From the human T2T-CHM13v2.0 reference genome, Homo sapiens, in NCBI RefSeq assembly GCF_009914755.1, contig NC_060944.1: a stretch of DNA of 64,000 bases. One strand, given 5' to 3'. Each line of letters opens with the position of its first letter. Within the stretch, counting starts at the first letter, position 1. A program made the position numbers and the translations under genes. The notes beneath the pieces are model-generated. The model was not told where the DNA came from, searched no databases, and was given only the letters and a program-made list of their open reading frames with translations. Below are positions 54,208 through 64,000 of this stretch, in pieces.

Positions 54208-55859
54208 TGAGTAGCTGGGATTACAGGTGCCCGCCACCACGCCCAGCTAATTTTTTGTATTTTTAGTAGAGACGGGGTTTCACCATGTTAGCCAGGGTGG
54301 TCTCGATCTCCTGACCTCGTGATCCACCCACCTTGGCCCCCCAAAGTGCTGAGATTACAGGCGTGAACCACCGCACCTGGCCTAACATTTTAGTTTTCTT
54401 ATTCTTTTTTTTTATTTTTATTTTTTGAGACAGAGTCTTGTTCTGTTGTCCAGGCTGGAGTTCAGTGGCAAGATCTCTGGTCACTACAAACTCTGCCTCC
54501 CGGGTTCTTGTGCCTCAGCCTCCTAAGTAGCTGGGACTACAGGCATGCACCACTATGTCTGGATAATTTTTTGTATTTTTAGTAGGAATGGGGTTTCACA
54601 ATATTGCCCAGACTGGTCTCGAACCTCTGAGCTCAGGCAATCTGACCACCTCGGCCTCCCAAAATGCTAGGAGTGCGGGCGTGAGCCACCGTGCCCCGCC
54701 AGTGTATCATTTTGTGCCTATCTTTTTCCACTCACCATGCTAGTGAGGTTCATCTGTGTTGTGTGTATACTGACCATATATTAAGTAGCCTACTTACAGA
54801 GAATACAAAGTTGGTAATAAAGGCAAACATTGAAAATTGTGTTTTTCATCTTCTCACATATGAAAGAAAAAAGATATAAGTAATCCAAATAGGATATATC
54901 TCACTCTATCTCCCAGGCTGGAGTGCAGGGCAAGATCTCAGCTCACTGCAGCCTCAACCTCCTGGACTCAAGCTAACCTCCCACCTCAGCACCCCTCTCC
55001 CCAGAGAAGCTGTGACTATACGCACACACCACCATGCCCAGCTAATTTTTGTAGAGACAGGGTTTTGCCATGTTGCCCAGGCTGTTCTGGAACTCCTGGG
55101 CTCAAGTGATCCCCCACCTTGGCCTCCCAAAGTGCTGGGATTACAGGCATGAGCCATCACACCTGGCACTCCAGCCTGGGCAGCAAGAGCGAAAATCTGT
55201 CTCAAAAACAAAAAAAATTGACATAAAGATACTGAATGTAGATCTCCTTTTTGTTTTTCTTTGAATGCTCTGAACATCTTACCAAAAGGACAGAGAAAGC
55301 ATCTGATAATGTCTGGAATCTATATGAGCACACATTTGAAAGTGACTGTAATAACATTACATCAAATATATACTGCAAAGAGAGGCTAAGAGAGCAGGAG
55401 CCAGGCACATAGCCACATTTGGCAAAGCTGCAGCAGATTTTGTGCCAGTGGGCAGGTGCCCAGAATTCAGAGCTGGGCAGAAGGTCAGGAAAGGATGGGT
55501 CATTCAAGTCCAACATGTCACAACTCAGCAGGCAATGGATCCTGGGGCTTACTGCCTAGGTAGCATGAAGCACTTGGGAAGAGTGCTTGTTTAATCCTGG
55601 GGCTCAGACTGGTGAGATATGGTAGTGGGTGGCATGGGAGGGAAGGGACGTGGACTATATGGTCCACCTCAGAATGGACTAACACCATAGACTACCCATC
55701 GTCCAAAAGACTGTGGTGCACTCAGCTTGCTCCAAGTTGCTCTTGGTATCTAAGATGAGCAAATACAATGGATGAGACAAGGCAGCAGGTATTTACAGAT
55801 TACAGGTCTTCACAGATTGCAGGTCTTTCTTGAAGTAAAGCAGATGGCAGTCTTGTGAG

Positions 55860-56345
55860 TTGCAGTGTTTTTCCCAGCAGGAAACTGATGTCACATGCAA
55901 ATAGGGTAATTAGGAGAATTTCATAGACTGTTTACAAAGGTGAGGGTCAGGCAAGGGAAACCAAAATGAATGGTTCAGTGAAAGGAGGCTACCAAGAGGG
56001 GGAAGCCCTTTATATCCCTAGGTCTGAAGGGACAAGGGGCAGTAGTAGTTATAGTTAAAGAGACCAGGAACCTTACGCTAGAAGCAACCTTCTGCTAGAA
56101 GCTCAGGCCATCAGCAGGAGGATGAAGCCAACCTACACAGCAATCTACAGGGAGGAATCCAGTAACATCAATTCTCCAGCCTTATTTACCTCCCGTCGGT
56201 ACCCTCCTTGGCTGAATCCAAAGGGAAGGCAGAGGGAAGTAGCCCACTGAAGTCATTCACAAAGGTCAGCCTTCCAGGATGCAGAACAGAATGGAGAAAG
56301 GTCGAGATTGGATCTGAAGGGGCAATTGCAAGATACCCAATACAC
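55860..56345. mobile_element. ERVL LTR33-family-like LTR
   Basis: cccagcaggaaactgatg...ttggctgaatccaaagggaaggcagaggg...ggatctgaaggggcaa. Confidence 0.55.
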
Positions 56346-56604
56346 CATATCGTCTGCACATCCAATTCAGGACAACAGTCTGAGGCTGGTGTGGGAGGAG
56401 GACACTGGGGACCCCTGAAGGAAGTGGCCAGTGAAGATGAGTCACGGGCATCCAGTTCTGGCTGTCATCCCACTGTAGAACTAGCAGTATCTGCTGGAAA
56501 CCAGAAGCAACCAATAGATAAAGCAGCAAGGCTAGGGCAAGGTATGACTCAGTGGACAACACAGTCAATTTCACGTCAGATTCATTCATTCATTTAGTCG
56601 TTCA

Positions 56605-56945
56605 TTCTGGGCTTCTCAAACTCAGCACTATTGACATTTTGAGCCAGGTAATTCTTTGTTTTGTCTGGCACTTGGTTTGATATCAGCTGGGGTGACAGAA
56701 TGACTTAGTCACTTGCCACTCATCATCCAGCAGGGTAGCCTGGGCTTGTTCACGTGATGGCAGAAGAGCTTCCAGCAACAAGAGGCTAAGCCTCAATGCA
56801 CAAGTGTTTTTCAAGCCTCTGTTTGCATCTCATTTGCTAATGTCCTGTTGGACAAAGCAAGTTACTTAGCCAAGCCTAGATTCAAAACACCAAAAAAATT
56901 TGACTCTATTTCTGGATGGAAGAAGCTGCAATATATTGTGGGCTT
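56605..56945. mobile_element. MER20 fragment followed by an MLT1-type LTR fragment
   Basis: ttctcaaactcagcactattgacattttgagccag (MER20); tttgctaatgtcctgttggacaaagcaag (MLT1). Confidence 0.55.
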
Positions 56946-57589
56946 CCTCCCAGACTAACTCATTGTGTGGTGAGGGTGGTGGTAAAGCAATGGTGGAGAT
57001 GTTCAAGAGAAGTGCCACAGACAAGCCACCTAATGTTGACAATATAAATGAACTGAATCTACCCTATAATTATCTTAGACTTCCCACTTGGCGTTAGCAA
57101 TAAGTGCATAACCACCAAAGACGGTGGTATATAAAGTTATAAATAGAGATATCATGGAATGGTAGAATGCATTTAAGTGACCAGTTAAGCCCATCCAGCT
57201 TACCAGTTTGCAGTTCATGAGAAGATTATTCGCCCTTTACATATTTCTGGTATGAGCATTATCCCAGGTTTTATCTCAGAAGCTTGGCAGCTTCTGAAAA
57301 CCGACTGTTTCACTGGAAAATGTTGTGCAAACTAGATCCAGCAGGGTCTGCATGCCAACAGTGAACATATCCTTTCCAAGAAGGGGCTCTCCAAAACAAT
57401 ACGTCCTAATGTTCTGTAGGTCAAAATTAAGTACAAAAGGCTATAAATCATTGCTTCTAACTAGCAATTAGCAGGTAGGTGAGCCTAGGACAAGGACAAA
57501 ATGCACCATCAATTTGGCCTGTTAGAATTTTTGTTTTGGAGTGATATTTTTAAGAAAGAGAAATATAAACTTAAAAAAAAACCTTTTTA

Positions 57590-57979
<390 letters not shown>

Positions 57980-58569
57980 TCAGGTGATCCTCACACCTCA
58001 GCCTCCCAAGTAGCTGGGACTAGAGGTGCTGGCTAACTAAAACAATTTTTTTTCTTTTTTTTGTAGAGACAGAGTTGGGGGTTCAGCGGCAGGGGAGCTC
58101 ACTATGTTGTCCAGGCTACTTTCAAACTTATAAGGTTGGCTGAACAGGGTGGCTCACGCCTGTAATCCCAGTTTTTTGGGAGGCCAAGGCAGGCAGATCA
58201 CCTGAGGTCAGGAGTTCAAGACCAGCCTGGCCAAAATGGTGAAACCCCATCTCTACTAAAAATACAAAAAATTAGGTGTGCTAGTGCACGCATGTAATCC
58301 CAACTCCCAACTAGGGAGGCTGAGGCAGGAGAATCACTTGAACCCAGGAGGAGGAAGTTACAGTGAGCTGAGAATGCGCCACTGCACTCCAGCCTGGGCA
58401 ACAGAGCGAGACTGTCAAAAACAAAAACAAAAACGAAAAAACAAAAAACAACCCAAAAAACAAAAAGACAAAAACAACTCATGGGGTCAAGTGATCCTTT
58501 CTTCTTGGCTTTCCCAAGGTGCTGCAATCACATTCCCAAGATGTGAGCCAGTGCGCCAGCTAATTCTCG

Positions 58570-58780
58570 ATAGTGACATGGTGTTAATTGCTAAGAGCAT
58601 GGACTCTGAAGCCAGAGTTCATGGTTCAAATCCCAATTTTCCCACTCACTGTGACCTTGGACAAGTCACCTAATCTACCTGTGCCTGAGTTTCCTTGTCT
58701 TTAAAATCAGGATGTAATAATAGTATCTACTCCTAATGATTGTTGCAAGGACTAAATGAGTTAATATTTCTAAAGTTCTG
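58570..58780 (+). mobile_element. MIR
   Basis: aagagcatggactctgaagccagag...gtgaccttggacaagtcacctaatct...gtttccttgtctttaaaat. Confidence 0.8.
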
Positions 58781-58897
58781 ACCAGGCAGAGTGGCTCATG
58801 CCTGTAATCCCAACACTTTGGGAGGCCAAAGCAGGAGGATTGATTGAGCTCAGGAGTTCAAGACCAGCCTGGGTAACATGGAGAAACCCCGTCTTTA

Positions 58898-59071
<174 letters not shown>

Positions 59072-59131
59072 CTAACTAACTACATAAATATTTCTAAAGT
59101 TCTGATCTCTACTTAAGATAGAATCAATTAG

Positions 59132-59446
<315 letters not shown>

Positions 59447-60505
59447 TGAAGCATCCAGTGGTATCAGTGCGTCAGGAGGGTGATTATGTACGCCACTAGA
59501 CTTCAAAGGCCATCACCTTTTCTTGATTAACAGCAGCACCTCAGGGAGAGGCAGTTGCAAAACCGTATTCAGCCTGTTTGTAGCAAACCCCTGCATCCTG
59601 TGGAAGGCTGGTGGGGAGGAGGTGGGCAGTATAATACCGCAACTTAGAAAATGTCAGAGAATTTCAACTATCCGTGCTTTCTCAATCTGCTATTTCCACA
59701 GGTTGGTTTTTTAAGTGAAGTCAAGTGTTAATAAAATGTGAAAATCACAGTGTGTAGCCATCAGCACACTTGTAAGCTAGTCTTGGCTTTCTTGAACTAC
59801 CTATCAGAAAAAGCAGTAACATTCAAAAGAATAAGTAGCTGCCATTTCAAAGAATAAGTACTTGTCAGGAGAGCAAAAGGCTTTTTGGAAAAAAATAAAG
59901 ATAATAGTTTTAAATTTTAAAAAAGAGGCCGGGCAAGGTGGTTCACGACTGTAATCCCAGCACTTTGGGAGGGCCGAGGCAGGTGGATCACGAGGTCAGG
60001 AGTTCAAGACCAGCCTGGCCAAGATGGTGAAACCCCGTCTCTACTAAAAATACAAAAATTAGCTGGGCGAGGTGGTGGGCACTTGTAATCCCAGCTACTC
60101 GGGAGGCTGAGGCAGAGAATTGCTTGAACCCAGGAGGCAGAGATTGCAGTGAGCTGAGATCACGCCACTGCACTCCAGCCTGGGTGACAGAGCGAGACTC
60201 TGTCTCAAAAAAAAAAAAAAAAAAAAAGAAAAATTTTAAAAAACTAAATTAAATTTTAAAAAGAAAGAATAAGGTACTTGATATACACAAATATTCAAGG
60301 GGCGTTATTCACCTATTTAAGGTGAATTCAGGCAGGTACATTGGCTCATGCCAGTAATCTAACACTTTGGAAGGCCAAGGCAGGAGGATTGCTTGAGCCT
60401 CGGAGTTTGAGACCAGCCTGGGCAACATAGTGAGACCTTGTCTCTACTAAAACTCAAAATAATCAGCCAGATGTAAGGGTGTGCCCCTGTAGTCCCAGCT
60501 ACTCA

Positions 60506-60640
<135 letters not shown>

Positions 60641-62456
60641 CTATTTTGCATTATTTAAAAGAATTTCAAAGAACACAGGGTAACATTAAATGCCTAGGCA
60701 GAAAAATAAGCAAATTTCTTTTTTCTTTTTTTTTTTGAGACAGAGTCTCGCTCTGTCACCTAGGCTGGAGTGCCGTGGCGCAATCTCGGCTCACTACAAT
60801 CTCCACCTCCCGAGTTCAAACAGTTCTCCTGCCTCAGCCTCCTAAGTAGCTGGGATTACAGGCATGCACCACCAAGCCCAGCTAATTTTTGTATTTGTAG
60901 TAAAGACGGGGTTTCACCATGTTGGTCAGGCTGGTCGCAAACTCCTGACCTTGTGATCTGCCTGCCTCGGCCTCCCAAAGTGCTGGGATTACAGGTGTGG
61001 GCCACCGCACCTGGCCAGAAATGAGCAAATTTCTTAGTGTCAGTATCAGGCCACTTAATTAAATCACACAACACTTTGTTTAGATTGATTGAATCAATTG
61101 TCTACTGTACCCAAAATTCTCATCTTATCCATCATCTCTTCTTATTGTCCCTCCGGTCCACAGAGCCAATACAAATATTTGTTGAATGAAAGAGTGGTTT
61201 CCTTCTTGTAACATATTTCACAATGCACTCTATCAGGAAATAATTACTTCCTGAAGTCTGAGTCAACAGATAATTTTGAAGACTGGGCAGAGAGTTGTAG
61301 GATTTAAACTGGCAAAATAGATCAGAAAATTATCTCAGAAAATAACTCCATTCCAACAAATGTATAATCATTAATATTCTAAGGATGGAGAAACCTCAGA
61401 AAAGTAAAAGACTATTTTTCTACCAATTGGGCATCATTTGCAACTTCATTCTCAAGCTTTGGCATCTGATTCTGTCCCATCCTACTGTCACCTCCTGTCT
61501 TCACCAAAAGGGTTTCCTTCTTGATTTATTGCCTCACTGACCACATTTTAAAAAATTAAGAAAAATACTAAGCTTATTATTTTAAATGGGATTTGTTTCC
61601 AGGTTCTATTTGGTTTCACTAAACCTCTAGTGCACTGAACTCTGGCCACATCAATTGCTGGGAAAAGATGAAGTGGGCTGGGCGCAGTGGCTCATGCTTG
61701 TAATCCCAGTACTTTGGGAAGCTGAGGCAGGTGGATCACCTGAGGTCAAGAGTTCGAGACTAGTCTGGCCAACATGGTGAAACCCCGTTTCTACTAAAAA
61801 TATGAAAATTAGCTGAGCATGGTGGTGGACACCTGTAATCTCAGCTACTCCAGAGGCTGAGGCTGGAGAATCGCTTGAACCCGGGAGGTGGAAGTTGCAG
61901 TGAGCCGAGATCGTACCACTTTACTCTAGCCTGGGTGAAAAAGCGAGATTCTTTCTCAAAAAAAAAAAAAAAAAAAAAAAAAAAGATGAGATGAATTGTC
62001 TTGGAGGAAGAAAGAAAGAAGGAAAGGCCAGCTTTGAATTTCTGAATTAGATTAATGGGGTTGAGACTTTTTTTTTTTTTTAATTTTAACAAACAAGCTT
62101 GGGCTGGGTGGGATGGCTCATGCCTGTAATCCCAGCACTTTGGGAGGCCAAGGCAGGAGACTGCTTAAGTCCAGGAGTTCAAGACCAGCCTAGGCAACAT
62201 GGTGAAAGCCTGTCTCTACAAAAAACACAAAAATTAGCTGGGCATGATCGTGTGTACCTGTAGTCCCAGCTACTCGGAGGCTGAAGTGAGAGGATCACTT
62301 GAGCCCAGGAGGTCAAGGCTGGAGTGAGCCAAGATCATGCCACTGCATACCACTGTCTGGGTGACAGAGTGAGACTTTGTCTCAATTAAAAAAAAAATTA
62401 ATAAAATAAAGATTAGAAACAAGTTGGAAGCTGGGCATGGTGGTATGCACCTATAG

Positions 62457-62837
<381 letters not shown>

Positions 62838-63106
62838 TGAGCCACCGTGCCCAGCTGATTTTTCCCTTTTTTTAAAGGAAAGAAAAGAAACAAGGTGGGG
62901 GAAAAATGTGGTAAGTTGCAGACATCTTGCTATGGTTATTGTGTTTGCAGATAAGAATACCCACTATCAGCCGGGTACAATGGCTCACGCCTGTAATCTC
63001 AGCACTTTGGGAGGCCAAGGTGGGCAGATCACGAGGTCAAGAGATCGAGACCATCCTGGCTAACATGGTGAAACCCCGTCTCTACTAAAAATACAAAAAT
63101 TAGCTA

Positions 63107-63292
<186 letters not shown>

Positions 63293-63304
63293 TCAACATT
63301 TGTA

Positions 63305-63830
63305 TGTACCTGAGTATTCTCATTACTATCCCTGCAGCACAAATGACTCCAAGCTTAATAGTATAAAACAGCAACCATTTAAAAGAGCAAATCCAAGACA
63401 ACTCGTCTGGACTCCACAATGCCTGGGGCCTCATTGGAAAGACTCAATCAGCAAGGAGTGACTTTGCAGGTTCTGGCTAAAATAATCTGAATGTTTGCTC
63501 ACTTGCATGTCTGGCAGGGCATGGCTGAGAACTCAGCTGAGCTGTTGGCTGGGACACCAACACATGGCCTCCAGAGTGCTGCTTGGGCTTCCTCACAGCA
63601 AGGCGGCCATGTTCTAACAGTGAGTATCCCATGAGAACCTGGGGGAAGCTATACTCTTATCATCTAGCCTTGGAAGTCACGTGATATCATTTCCACCACA
63701 ATCACAAACCCACCCAGATTCAAGGGGAGGGAACATAGGTCACACCTCAATGAGAGGAGTGTCAGTTGAATTATAAGAAAAGGGGAAAGGCAGATATTAT
63801 TGTGGCCATCTCTGGAAAATACAAGGCGCC
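63305..63830 (-). mobile_element. Old MLT1 (F/G-type) LTR
   Basis: gcttgggcttcctcacagcaaggcggcc...ctagccttggaagtcac...cccagattcaaggggagggaa. Confidence 0.65.
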
Positions 63831-64000
63831 ACACTGGGCATAAAAGACTTTTTAATGTTTCTCAGGTAGTAGAGAGGATAAAAATGACCCTAGCCTTTGA
63901 ATCTGTTTGCATAGTTTGAAGAAAATTAATTACTATTCCTTTCTCTTTAGACGGGTAAAGGGGAAAGATAATCCTTTGTTTGTTAACATAGAGCCAAGAT

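Overview
Primate, most likely human or great-ape, genomic DNA (AluY and SVA present). It looks intergenic or deep-intronic. I found no supportable protein-coding exon, processed pseudogene, tRNA/rRNA/snRNA gene or canonical CpG-island promoter. Roughly 85-90 Alu copies or fragments (about 40% of the window by eye) sit among ERVL/MaLR solo LTRs (THE1D, MST, MLT1, LTR16/LTR33-like), L1/L2/MIR relics, DNA transposons (MER3, Tigger2a, MER20) and microsatellites. Nearly all ORFs in the supplied track are Alu or SVA translations. The youngest and most informative element is a ~1.4 kb SVA (37731-39164) with a perfect 16-bp TSD. That TSD encloses an extra 30-nt 5' segment that looks like a 5' transduction carrying the source locus's own L1 insertion site. 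Other notable items: a CpG-retaining THE1D/AluY pair, (TTTTA)n Alu tails, fold-back and trimeric Alus, a four-level transposon nest with a TSD-flanked micro-insertion, and several unique islands with enhancer-like motif clusters. I cannot support a wholly new biological system. Repeat subfamily names come from recalled consensus sequences and boundaries are approximate (about +/-10-20 bp unless a TSD is quoted).
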